Part shown: piece after piece, positions 8,102 through 17,320 of the stretch
Layout: the number at the start of each line of letters is the position of its first letter
Numbering within the stretch: position 1 is the first letter of the stretch
From: Flavobacteriales bacterium
Lineage (GTDB): Bacteria; Bacteroidota; Bacteroidia; Flavobacteriales_D; Crocinitomicaceae
Direction: 5' to 3'
Assembly (NCBI GenBank): GCA_947491305.1
Contig: CANLIL010000001.1
Span: 30,814-94,813, forward strand
Length of the DNA stretch: 64,000 bases
Notes under the pieces: generated by a model
The model's input: only the letters and a program-made list of their open reading frames with translations
The model's database searches: none
What the model was told of the DNA's origin: nothing
Program-made: the position numbers and the translations under genes

Positions 8102-8853
8102 TTTACTGTTTTTTTGATTAAAAAATAAGCTCCTACTGACAAAGATACAACAAACGCACTAAACACCAATATCTTAACTAAATTATTGTTTGTTCCGTTT
8201 GATGGTTTAGCTTTTAATTTGGTTAAAATATTTTTCCACAATGCAAAATTCTTATTGATTTCAGATAAGCTTTTTGTTCCACCATTAACTGAAATTCTAG
8301 CAAGCCTTAAATCACCATCCCTAACAATATCAAAGGTTGATCTGCTTGTGCCATTTTTAGCATATTTACCGCCACGCTTTTTATTCATAAAGGTAGTGGC
8401 AATGTTAAACGAGTTTATTGGAACTAAGGCTAAATTAGCATTATTGATTAGGTTTATACCTAGCTTATCTCCGTAGTATTTATAATTGCTTTTACCAGTT
8501 AATTGAATAAGCCCACGACCGAAATAAGGTAATCCATTTTTATCAGTTCCTAAATTATAATAATTCGCTTTTCCGTTTGTGCTTCGGTAATAATCAAGCG
8601 CCCTTTGGCAAGGTTTACCAACATACGCTTTTCCTGTACTATTGCATAAATAGTCTGCCTCCCATCTTTGAAGCGAATAATCGCTTTCGGATTTAGCAGT
8701 AGCAAGCAAGTAAGCCAAATCAGAAATAGAATTAATTCCATCAGATTTTTGAGCGTAACGAAGCACCTGCTTAAGACTATCAGTGAATTGAGTAGATGCA
8801 CCGCTTTTTTTGTACAACTCAACTGCTTTATTTATATCAAAGTCTAATCCCAT
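8098..8853 (-). CDS. GH19 (chitinase-like) peptidoglycan hydrolase with C-terminal membrane anchor
   Basis: 'ATAKSESDYS' and 'GRGLIQLTGKSNYKYYG' match the GH19 lysozyme catalytic blocks. C-terminal TM 'ILVFSAFVVSLSVGAYFLI'. Confidence 0.7.
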   Translation of the reverse strand: MGLDFDINKAVELYKKSGASTQFTDSLKQVLRYAQKSDGINSISDLAYLLATAKSESDYSLQRWEADYLCNSTGKAYVGKPCQRALDYYRSTNGKANYYNLGTDKNGLPYFGRGLIQLTGKSNYKYYGDKLGINLINNANLALVPINSFNIATTFMNKKRGGKYAKNGTSRSTFDIVRDGDLRLARISVNGGTKSLSEINKNFALWKNILTKLKAKPSNGTNNNLVKILVFSAFVVSLSVGAYFLIKKTVK

Positions 8854-9806
8854 TTTCGTAAAATATAAATTAGTCCGGCAATAATACCTGATACAATTAG
8901 TGTAGGGTAAAGATTAAGTTTATTGTTTTTTGTAGGGTTGCTAAAGTTAGAATACTTATTTTCTAACACAATCCTTTTTTTAAGTTCTTCTTTTTCAATT
9001 TCATAGTTTTCAAGTTCTTTGTTACCCTCTAGTTCATTTTGAAGTTTTGAAATCATTATTGGATAAATCACAAATTTAATTGAAGTGTTTGCCTTGGCTA
9101 TAAATTGTAATCCAACATTTCCGTCAATCATATAATCATCGAAAAACTCAAGTGTAGAAGAAATATTTTGATATGGATCAATAGTTGGAACAAATGGGAA
9201 TTTTGTAACGTTACCATTAACATCTTTTTCAGTTCGTGTAAATGCTTCCAATAATTGATTTACATTACTGCTGTATATTTGAGTTTTACCAACAACGAAA
9301 GGCTCTGCTGTACTTTGTTGTAATATTTGAGAATAAGTTACTCCGGGAATAGAAGACGTTGGCTGAACCTCTCTTTTTGTATTGAAATTGTCAAAAAAAC
9401 TAGGGATTACTACCGTCCATTCTCCAATTCCACCAATAGGTAAAGCAGTATCTTTAAAAAGTTTCAATATTATATTCGGCGGATGTGAACTAGTTAGTAA
9501 TTCCCAAGCATCTACACCATTCCACACGATTAAATCTAAAGCAGTTGCGCCGTTTATTTTGAAGGATTTTTTTCCATTGATTTCAGCTAAAAACACTAGG
9601 TTATTTATGAAAGTATTTCCTACATACCATAAGATACCATCTAATAAAGTATTGTTGAGTTCTTGTAGTTGAGCGTTTGCATCAAATATTGTAACTAATT
9701 TGTCCTGTGGTGAATTATTTGAAACATTTATAATATAAGGGTTACTCAAATCCTTTTTTGAAGGATTAAGACCATTAATTTCATCTGATGTATCAAAATA
9801 ATTCAT
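8844..9806 (-). CDS. virion protein, paralog of the capsid candidate, with C-terminal membrane anchor
   Basis: About 95 aa align by eye at roughly 45% identity with the 26088..26816 product: 'AEPFVVGKTQIYSSNVNQLLEAFTRTEKDVNGNVTKFPFVPTIDPYQ..KFVIYP' versus 'QKPFVVGLTYLQSGSANQVLETLTLIAKDVNGNVNQKTLVPTVDPYQ..KIYFYP'. C-terminal TM 'LIVSGIIAGLIYIL'. Confidence 0.55.
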   Translation of the reverse strand: MNYFDTSDEINGLNPSKKDLSNPYIINVSNNSPQDKLVTIFDANAQLQELNNTLLDGILWYVGNTFINNLVFLAEINGKKSFKINGATALDLIVWNGVDAWELLTSSHPPNIILKLFKDTALPIGGIGEWTVVIPSFFDNFNTKREVQPTSSIPGVTYSQILQQSTAEPFVVGKTQIYSSNVNQLLEAFTRTEKDVNGNVTKFPFVPTIDPYQNISSTLEFFDDYMIDGNVGLQFIAKANTSIKFVIYPIMISKLQNELEGNKELENYEIEKEELKKRIVLENKYSNFSNPTKNNKLNLYPTLIVSGIIAGLIYILRKWD

Positions 9807-9813
9807 TCATTTT

Positions 9814-10152
9814 TTAATTAGCAAACTTTTTGTTTTGGGAGCGAGAATTGTATGTCTCTGCACAAAACTTAATCATTTTGGCAAGTTCTTTTTTCTGGTT
9901 TTCATCTTTAAGAGCAAGAAGGTTTTCTTCGTTTTCTTTAATTGATTGCAAAACATCTTCATCAGACATATTTTCAACATCCTTTTTAAAACTTAAATAC
10001 AATCCGTCAGAATCCTTTTCTGTTTGTTTTTTTAGGTATAATTTAAGCAAATCATCGTATTCAGTTTGCTGAATAGACAACTGCTTTCTTCGCCAAAGGT
10101 GATATATAATCCCAATAGCGCCTAATACTACAAAAGGGTTCTGTAAATACAT
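9814..10152 (-). CDS. N-terminally anchored membrane protein, unknown function
   Basis: TM 'PFVVLGAIGIIYHLW' followed by an acidic helical tail. Confidence 0.5.
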   Translation of the reverse strand: MYLQNPFVVLGAIGIIYHLWRRKQLSIQQTEYDDLLKLYLKKQTEKDSDGLYLSFKKDVENMSDEDVLQSIKENEENLLALKDENQKKELAKMIKFCAETYNSRSQNKKFAN

Positions 10153-10153
10153 A

Positions 10154-10477
10154 TTATTCTGCTTTTGTTGACGAGTCTGTTTTCTTTTTTCTTGCTGAAT
10201 AAATGCTATTTGGCTTCAAAACACTTTCCAATCTGGAAACTTCTTCGCGCAACTCAACATTTTCACTAATTAGTAAATCAACTTTGTTTTCAAGTTTTTG
10301 AATTTGAATCTTTAAATCTTGAATTATAGTCATATACAAAGTACTTAACTTGTTGTCAGCACTTTCGTCCTTTCTAGCCTTAATATCAATCTTTTTTTTC
10401 CAGATTACCCAGATTTCTTTTACACCGAAAGCCCCTATTAAAGCCACCAATAAAGTTATAATCGTCTCGTTACTCAT
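10154..10477 (-). CDS. N-terminally anchored coiled-coil membrane protein
   Basis: TM 'IITLLVALIGAFGV' followed by the heptad region 'LKIQIQKLENKVDLLISENVELREEVSRLE'. Confidence 0.5.
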   Translation of the reverse strand: MSNETIITLLVALIGAFGVKEIWVIWKKKIDIKARKDESADNKLSTLYMTIIQDLKIQIQKLENKVDLLISENVELREEVSRLESVLKPNSIYSARKKKTDSSTKAE

Positions 10478-10481
10478 ATTT

Positions 10482-10781
10482 TTAAATGTTTTTAATTTCT
10501 AATACTAAAGAATCAATCAATGCTTTATTCAACTCATCGTAAGGCACTTTAAAATAATCATTTGGATTACCATTTACCCAATCAGAAAAATCATTATTGT
10601 AAATAGCAATTCTAATATAATCTTGTTGTGAATTATTTTCTAATGGCTTTTTTGAATATATATCATTAATAACCGCATTTAAAGATAATAACTCATCAGA
10701 ATTAACAATCTTAGAATCTGTATCAGTTATCAATTGAGTCTGACCATAGCCAAAAATCAATAGTGTGTTGTAGTTTTCCAT
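10482..10781 (-). CDS. hypothetical protein
   Basis: 99-aa ORF tightly packed in the fibre operon. Confidence 0.5.
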   Translation of the reverse strand: MENYNTLLIFGYGQTQLITDTDSKIVNSDELLSLNAVINDIYSKKPLENNSQQDYIRIAIYNNDFSDWVNGNPNDYFKVPYDELNKALIDSLVLEIKNI

Positions 10782-10782
10782 A

Positions 10783-12078
10783 TTATGCGTAAATTACTTC
10801 CGTTGTTTCTATATTAGCTACCCATTGAATGTTAGTAGCACCTGCTCCTTGAATTTGTATTCTTAAGCCTCCATTACTAGTATCTGCCGCAAGTGTTGGA
10901 GTTCCCCAAGCTGGCGTATTTTGAACTAATGTAACATTACCTATTAACAAAGTTGTTGCCGCAGCATTAGCACCTCTTACAAGTAATCCATCAATATCCC
11001 AAGCAGATACATTTGTTGACCCCGATTGTTTTGCTATAATTGTTCCTTTAAATCTATAACCACTATTGTTGCTAAGAGTAATTTGATTTGTTGTGGACGC
11101 TCCAGTTCCCTCTATTGTAAATGTAGTTAATGTTGCATCAGTAGTTCTTTGTCTAAATATAAATGTAGATTTTTGAGCATCTCCAGTAGTTGCATTTGCA
11201 AAAACATTTCTATTTCTAACGCTATTTGCATTTCCACCAACACCAAATACAACTGAGCCATAAGAATTTGCAACTGAACTTGTACCTCCTGCAAGTGAAT
11301 AACTACCACTTGCAACATTACCATTACCTCCAACAACTGAAGAACCTTCTCCACTTGCGGTGTTGCTTATACCCCCTAAATTACAAGCATAACTAGTTGA
11401 TGAAGAATTACCAAATCCACCTAATGTTGAAGCTGCATAAGCTGTTGCAGTACAAGAAGACCCACCAGCTACTGTTGTTCTTGAAGCACTTGCAACATTA
11501 CTAGTTCCATCTCCTACAGTTGAATAGTCTGATGATGCAGTATTTGACAAACCTCCACCTACTCTTGATTGTGTACCCGATGCTGTGTTATCTTGACCGC
11601 CACCAATTGAAGCATCAGTATTTTGTGCTCTATTTCTATAACCTCCCGATATAACACTATTATTTCCACTTGCTACATCTGAATTTGACAATCTTGACAA
11701 TTGTAAATCAACTGCACCTGTACCTCTTTTATTTCCACCCGAAACTAAACCATCAGGAATGTCTGCTATGATAGCACCATTACCTTTTGGAATGATTGCA
11801 AAATCTGCATTTGTTTCACTACTTACTGCGGTTAAAGAATCAACGGGGGTAGTTGCGTTAGGAGATGAAGTATTTTGAGCCTCTGCGAAATAAGTTAATC
11901 CGCTTTGTGTAAAAATTTCCAAAATAGTGCCACTACTATTTTTATAATGTACTAACTTATCTGCCTTATCATAAAAATAAGTTGAGTTAGATACACTACT
12001 CCAATCTGCCGAAGTATCAGTAACTACTGAATAGTTAATTGCTCCTGCCATTGTTGTGGTTACTGATGTTACTGCCAT
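10783..12078 (-). CDS. fibre/spike protein with YadA-head-like Gly/Ser/Asn repeats
   Basis: Repeats such as 'SIGGGQDNTASGTQSRVGGGLSNTASSDYSTVGDGTSNVASASRTTVAGGSS'. The N-terminal ~60 aa are homologous to the N-terminus of the 806-aa fibre ('TDTSADW..YF.DK...LV.(Y/F)K..SG'). Confidence 0.65.
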   Translation of the reverse strand: MAVTSVTTTMAGAINYSVVTDTSADWSSVSNSTYFYDKADKLVHYKNSSGTILEIFTQSGLTYFAEAQNTSSPNATTPVDSLTAVSSETNADFAIIPKGNGAIIADIPDGLVSGGNKRGTGAVDLQLSRLSNSDVASGNNSVISGGYRNRAQNTDASIGGGQDNTASGTQSRVGGGLSNTASSDYSTVGDGTSNVASASRTTVAGGSSCTATAYAASTLGGFGNSSSTSYACNLGGISNTASGEGSSVVGGNGNVASGSYSLAGGTSSVANSYGSVVFGVGGNANSVRNRNVFANATTGDAQKSTFIFRQRTTDATLTTFTIEGTGASTTNQITLSNNSGYRFKGTIIAKQSGSTNVSAWDIDGLLVRGANAAATTLLIGNVTLVQNTPAWGTPTLAADTSNGGLRIQIQGAGATNIQWVANIETTEVIYA

Positions 12079-12257
12079 TAGTTCTTAGATTTAATCATTG
12101 TTACAAAAGCATCCCAAGTAGCTTTATCTGAATCTGATAAGTCAGAATAAATTATTATTATTTGTTTTTCTGGCATAATTCCAGTACCATATTGTGCTAA
12201 TGCTCTTACTTCATCTGATGTTGTTTCTTGAACAACTATTTGTTGTAAATTTTCCAT
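12078..12257 (-). CDS. 59-aa hypothetical protein (just below the ORF-track cutoff)
   Basis: Hand translation gives MENLQQIVVQETTSDEVRALAQYGTGIMPEKQIIIIYSDLSDSDKATWDAFVTMIKSKN. Its stop overlaps the next ATG (TAATG), and it fills an otherwise 185-nt gap between the fibre genes. Confidence 0.45.
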   Translation of the reverse strand: MENLQQIVVQETTSDEVRALAQYGTGIMPEKQIIIIYSDLSDSDKATWDAFVTMIKSKN

Positions 12258-12263
12258 AATTTA

Positions 12264-14684
12264 TTATATTAATATATTTCCTTGATTATCTTGTGTATTA
12301 ATTACTGTTTGTGTAACATTTGCATTTACGGGTGTAGTACTTCCTGCATAAATATTACCAGCATATTTTAAAGTTAAAGCAACTGTTCCATTAATACAGT
12401 TAGCTGTTCCTGCTGTTGTTCTTAAAGTACAATTAACAATAGAATATCCTGACTGTCTTACAATTACAGCATGTCCTGATGCAGAATTAAATCCAGACCA
12501 AAATGTGCAATTAGATGCAAAAAGAGGTGTACCTGATGCAACATTAACATTTAATGCAGCCGAAACTGAAGAATACGCTGTACAATTTATTGCATTGTTT
12601 GAACCATCTCCACCATTTGTAAATTGCATACCATAATTTGCATAACTCACACCATTACAATTTTGAAGTGAACCATTATTGACACCAAAACCAATATTGG
12701 CAGATGATATTCCAATACAACCTTCAATACTATTTCCGTATGTATTTGTTAAAAATCCTATATTTGCTGTTGAATACCCAACACATTTAGTACTAACAGC
12801 ATTTAAGTAATCTTGAAAACCAACAGATGTAGTAGAATATCCTACACAATTTATAGCAGTTGCTTGATTAAAGAAACCATAACAAAAATTATCTCCGCCA
12901 AACACATTTCCTACTGAATTTTCTACAAGTCCACCAATATTATAAATACCATTACCTGCAGAATTAGCTATACCTACACAATTAAAACATCTTCCCCCAG
13001 CAAGATAAATTGCAGACCCATAACCATTACTGTTAGTAACTGCTTTTGAATTTGTTAATGTACCTAATGCAATATAAATTGCTGTTTTACCATTAGCAGC
13101 TGAATCAGTATAAACATTTGCTCCGTTTAATTCTACATTAGCATTATTAAGTATTACAACATTAGAATTTGAACCATAGAAAGTTGAGCTAATAACATTT
13201 ATTTTAGAAGCTCCTGTTAAAATTAATGTTGAATTATTTGAAAAACTAGACGTAGCTCCTCCTATTCTTTTTAAAGTTATTCCGATAATATCACAAATAA
13301 CAGCTACTCCATTATCAATTAAACAAGAATTTGTTCCACTATTATTTAATGTGTAGGTATGTCCATTGCCATTAATGTTTACTCCATTTTTTAAATTGAC
13401 TGTAACAGTACTTGTTTCTGTAACATCAGCAAACATTTCAATAGTTTGCCCTGCGTTTGCAGATGCCATTGCTAATGTTAATGTAGCATAAAAAGTATAT
13501 ACTCCACTTGAATTTGAAATTCCCCATACTCCTACCGAAGATACTGCGGTTAATGTTCCAGCACTTAAAGTTAATCCCGTTCCTATTGTTATTTCTTCAA
13601 CTGCTCCATTACTTGCGGTTGTTCTTCCTAACAATCGGCTTGTTGCCATTGTAAGACCCGAACTCGTTATTGCTCCTGTACTTACTTTTCCATTAAATGT
13701 ACCCCAATCCGTTGATGATAATTTACCCGTATTGGTTGCTGATGCAACGGGCAAATTAAATGTATGAATATCAACTGAACTACTAATACCGAAATCAGTT
13801 CCGCTTGTTCCCGTTTGAAAATACTGAACTTGGTCGGTTAATCCGTTTAATGCAGTTAATCCAAATGAAAATGTGGTTGTAACTTGAGATATTGTAGTAC
13901 CTTGCGTGTAGAATGTTATCGTTCTACCACCCGTAGTAACATAAAATCTAATAGCAAGTCTATCAGTTGCTAATAAACTTGTTTGCGGTACACCTAATTG
14001 ACTATAATAAACGTCAACACCATTTGCTTTTGTAATAAATTCGGGATTTGCTGAATTATCTGCTATTGAAGTAAATGTAGTACCATTCCATTTTAATAAT
14101 TCAACATAAAAAGATGGATTACCCGTTCCATTATTTGAATCAAAATATGTTCCAAATACCCAATTTCCTGCGGGTATTTCAAGTAAATTTGGGTCTAACG
14201 CATCAGTAATAAATTGCGTTAATAGTCCATCAACTCCAATAGTTTGAAAAGTTACTTGACTTCCGATTACCGCAGTCTTACTCATTTCGTAGTATGTACT
14301 ACCTCCGAAAGTTCCTTGATTCGTTCCTCCGTTAAAATAATATACTACCGAAGATCCACCTCCCGTTGAATGAGGAAAATCGGCTAAAGTACCATCCCCT
14401 CTAATATATTGAGATGCAACACCATTAGCTGTTACATCTAAAGAGCCACTTTGAGTAATTGGAGAATTTGCAACACTAAAAGCAGTAGGCATTGTTAACC
14501 CTACGCTTGTATAAATACTTCCAACATTACCACTTGCATCTTTGAAATAAACTAATTCCGTTTCTTTATCAAAAAAATATGTTTCATTATCTACATCTCC
14601 CCAATCCGCAGATGTATCAGTTGTTGCAGTATATTGTATTCCTGCACTTGCAGTATATCCTAAATCTAAAATTATATAAGCCAT
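12264..14684 (-). CDS. large fibre/spike protein with right-handed beta-helix-like C-terminal half
   Basis: Shared N-terminal adaptor with the 431-aa fibre. Periodic 'NC(V/I)G.S..(S/A)(V/I)GF' repeats ('NCVGYSTTSVGF','KCVGYSTANIGF','GCIGISSANIGF','NCNGVSYANYGM'). The segment 'GVYTFYATLTLAMASANAGQTIEMFADVTETSTVTVNLKNGVNINGNGHTYTL' is homologous to the 467-aa protein. Confidence 0.65.
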   Translation of the reverse strand: MAYIILDLGYTASAGIQYTATTDTSADWGDVDNETYFFDKETELVYFKDASGNVGSIYTSVGLTMPTAFSVANSPITQSGSLDVTANGVASQYIRGDGTLADFPHSTGGGSSVVYYFNGGTNQGTFGGSTYYEMSKTAVIGSQVTFQTIGVDGLLTQFITDALDPNLLEIPAGNWVFGTYFDSNNGTGNPSFYVELLKWNGTTFTSIADNSANPEFITKANGVDVYYSQLGVPQTSLLATDRLAIRFYVTTGGRTITFYTQGTTISQVTTTFSFGLTALNGLTDQVQYFQTGTSGTDFGISSSVDIHTFNLPVASATNTGKLSSTDWGTFNGKVSTGAITSSGLTMATSRLLGRTTASNGAVEEITIGTGLTLSAGTLTAVSSVGVWGISNSSGVYTFYATLTLAMASANAGQTIEMFADVTETSTVTVNLKNGVNINGNGHTYTLNNSGTNSCLIDNGVAVICDIIGITLKRIGGATSSFSNNSTLILTGASKINVISSTFYGSNSNVVILNNANVELNGANVYTDSAANGKTAIYIALGTLTNSKAVTNSNGYGSAIYLAGGRCFNCVGIANSAGNGIYNIGGLVENSVGNVFGGDNFCYGFFNQATAINCVGYSTTSVGFQDYLNAVSTKCVGYSTANIGFLTNTYGNSIEGCIGISSANIGFGVNNGSLQNCNGVSYANYGMQFTNGGDGSNNAINCTAYSSVSAALNVNVASGTPLFASNCTFWSGFNSASGHAVIVRQSGYSIVNCTLRTTAGTANCINGTVALTLKYAGNIYAGSTTPVNANVTQTVINTQDNQGNILI

Positions 14685-14686
14685 AT

Positions 14687-16090
14687 TTATCCAATTAAAA
14701 TGTTTCCGTATAAATCGGGAGTAATTGTTTGAGAATTAGTCAAATTACTTGTATCAATCATTATAGAAGTACCAATTCCGACATTTGAAGATAAAAATGC
14801 AGTATTAGAAGATGAGCCTTGAATACAATAACCATCAGTTGATTCCATAGTTATTGTGTTATTAGCAATAATGCTATTATCTGAATCAATTAAAATTCCA
14901 ATTGCACTTGACCCACTAAAACCATTATAAATCGTGCAATTAGAAATAATAGTTTCGCCTAATAGATATATTGTATAAGCAGGAGTTGGTACTACCCCCG
15001 TTGTTGTTTCAAAATGACAATTAGAAATAACGCTATTGTCAACATATAAGGCAGGAGTATTGGATGCTATAACCGAAGTATTGGATGCTCTACAAGGATT
15101 TGTTTCACTAACATCAGTAATTATTGATAATGCTTGTCCTCCACCATAAATTGTGCAATTATTAACAATTGATTCAGATGTTGCGTAAACACCTATTGTA
15201 ATTGCATAAACACTACAATTATTTAATTGTGAGCCATTTATATTAGCACCATTAGTACCTCTAATAGTGCAATTATCATAACTGCCTCCATTAGTAGTGG
15301 TTGCATATACATCTTCAACCGATGGATTCCAAACAATGCAATTTTGTAATATACCACCAGAAATAATTGTTTCGGAATAGAAAATAGAATTTTGAAAATT
15401 AACATTACTTGAATCTATCGCATATCCTAATGTTTGATTACCGCCAAGCCATATACCTCCATATACTCTTTGAACCGATTTTCCATCAGTTGTCATTATT
15501 GCGGTTTCGCTTGATATAACAAATGAATTATCAAATGTTAACTCAAAATCATAACCATTCAAAAATCTAAATACAAGACCATCTGTATCGTCTGTTTGAA
15601 CTCCTTTATTTCTATATAATGCGCCATTTATAAACTTTACCCTAACATTATCTAATGGACTTTCAAACATATTAGTGCCATCTGCAACATCTAAAGTATA
15701 TGAATATCCATTCAAATCAAATGTTACTAAATCTTTTAATACTAAAGAAACCGAAGTTGATTCAACTATGTTAGCAAAAAAAGTAATGGTTTGTCCTGCG
15801 GTTACATCTGATATAGCATCAGAAACACTATTGTAAAATGTGTACCATCCAGTACCATCTTCAATTCCAACAACATCGGTAGATAATCCTATTTCAACTT
15901 CTTCTCCACTTATACTATCAGCAATAGAAATTCCTTTAGCCTCTAATAAAGTTTTAAATTCTAAATCTTGTAATAGTTTTTGATAAAATACACCAACACC
16001 CGTACCTATGTTAGATGCGGTTGTTACTGCATTTGAGCTTCCTCCCGGGCTACCACCAAATTGTGCGAAAAATTTACTGTCTCCACTCAT
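14687..16090 (-). CDS. beta-helix spike protein (possible depolymerase-type receptor-binding protein)
   Basis: 'GWYTFYNSVSDAISDVTAGQTITFFANIVESTSVSLVLKDLVTFDLNGYSYTL' is followed by 'NC(T/S/I)' periodic repeats. The C-terminal 'LYGNILIG' resembles 'NQGNILI' of the 806-aa fibre. Confidence 0.6.
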   Translation of the reverse strand: MSGDSKFFAQFGGSPGGSSNAVTTASNIGTGVGVFYQKLLQDLEFKTLLEAKGISIADSISGEEVEIGLSTDVVGIEDGTGWYTFYNSVSDAISDVTAGQTITFFANIVESTSVSLVLKDLVTFDLNGYSYTLDVADGTNMFESPLDNVRVKFINGALYRNKGVQTDDTDGLVFRFLNGYDFELTFDNSFVISSETAIMTTDGKSVQRVYGGIWLGGNQTLGYAIDSSNVNFQNSIFYSETIISGGILQNCIVWNPSVEDVYATTTNGGSYDNCTIRGTNGANINGSQLNNCSVYAITIGVYATSESIVNNCTIYGGGQALSIITDVSETNPCRASNTSVIASNTPALYVDNSVISNCHFETTTGVVPTPAYTIYLLGETIISNCTIYNGFSGSSAIGILIDSDNSIIANNTITMESTDGYCIQGSSSNTAFLSSNVGIGTSIMIDTSNLTNSQTITPDLYGNILIG

Positions 16091-16100
16091 ATCTCTAAAA

Positions 16101-16361
16101 TTACTGGGTGATTAATTCAAAAATACCAGTACTTACGGGTTCTATTGTAATTGGGGGTAGCACATTTCCTGCTGAAGATGTAATTGAAACGGATTGACCT
16201 TTACTTAGAGTAATTCCTGAACCAACTTCTGTAATGTAAATACTAATTTCTTCGGTATCTTCAATACTTCTATTTAAGACTGATATACTATTTTTGTTGA
16301 TAAGCTCAACGCTTTCGTCAACAAATTCTCTCATTAAAAGTTGCTCTAATATATACGGCAT
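16101..16361 (-). CDS. hypothetical protein
   Basis: 86-aa ORF in the structural operon. Confidence 0.5.
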   Translation of the reverse strand: MPYILEQLLMREFVDESVELINKNSISVLNRSIEDTEEISIYITEVGSGITLSKGQSVSITSSAGNVLPPITIEPVSTGIFELITQ

Positions 16362-16372
16362 TTTTTCAAATT

Positions 16373-16774
16373 TTAAAGGTCTTCACCAAATAAGTACTCA
16401 AATGTAATTTGACCCTTGTTGGTATTACCATCAAAAACGGTCATAATTACTTTTTCAAGTTCGTTGTTGGAGTAGATGTACACGGAAATATTATTCCATT
16501 CTGCTTTTTTTTCACGCAAAAGCCTTTTTAGACTATTACGAATAAAAGGAGTTGCCATCAATTCTCTTCCCAACAAGTCGAACTTAACATTTAGGATCTC
16601 ATTAAAAGTTACTCTCTTAAGAGGTTTCCAATTCACAAGAACGTCATAAACAGGGTCGCAATTTTCATTTTCAGCCCTGATAGCTAACTGACAATCTTTG
16701 TTTTCAACTTTGTTTTCTTTTGCATATCGCTCGATAGCGTTACGCATGATTTTTACGGTTTGTTCTACTAGCAT
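16373..16774 (-). CDS. hypothetical protein
   Basis: 133-aa ORF in the structural operon. Confidence 0.5.
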   Translation of the reverse strand: MLVEQTVKIMRNAIERYAKENKVENKDCQLAIRAENENCDPVYDVLVNWKPLKRVTFNEILNVKFDLLGRELMATPFIRNSLKRLLREKKAEWNNISVYIYSNNELEKVIMTVFDGNTNKGQITFEYLFGEDL

Positions 16775-16797
16775 AAAATATATTTTAAGCTACAAAA

Positions 16798-17295
16798 TTA
16801 ACCTAAAATGTATTTAAATGAATAACTTAAATCCAAAGGAACTCTAAAAAATAAAATTCCGCTTTTAACAACAAGGTTTCCATCTAATGTCAATAATGAA
16901 TTTTTACCGCCTAACAATAGATCAATACCAGTAGAAACCCAATTAATATCTTTCAATAAAATATCAATATCGAACGTGATATATGACTTTCCGTTTCTTT
17001 CAAGTGTTTGATTAATATTTGAATTGGAGATTACACCTACTTTATTGGAACGATTCAATAAAATGTCAAAGTTATATGATGCCAAAACAAACTGTAATTT
17101 ACTTGGATTATCAATTTCAACTGTTGCTCTAAGTTTAAGAATCTCTTTTGTTTTAGAGATAGTTTGAACACTTTTAACACTATAAGTGAAATTGTATAAA
17201 ATTTCAGATTGGTTTTTATAGTATCTTACAGTAGCTATTGCCCCTGCTGTAGCAGCAAGAGCAATACCTCCAAAAATCAAATATTTTTTTAACAT
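16798..17295 (-). CDS. N-terminally anchored protein, possible LEA_2/WHy-like beta-sandwich
   Basis: TM or signal 'IFGGIALAATAGAIA'. 'LRATVEIDNPSKLQFVLASYNFDILLNRSNKVGVISNS..GKSYITFDIDI' resembles the LEA-14/NDR1-type pattern (tentative). Confidence 0.35.
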   Translation of the reverse strand: MLKKYLIFGGIALAATAGAIATVRYYKNQSEILYNFTYSVKSVQTISKTKEILKLRATVEIDNPSKLQFVLASYNFDILLNRSNKVGVISNSNINQTLERNGKSYITFDIDILLKDINWVSTGIDLLLGGKNSLLTLDGNLVVKSGILFFRVPLDLSYSFKYILG

Positions 17296-17320
17296 CTTAT
17301 TTATTTTAGTTGTTAATAAA

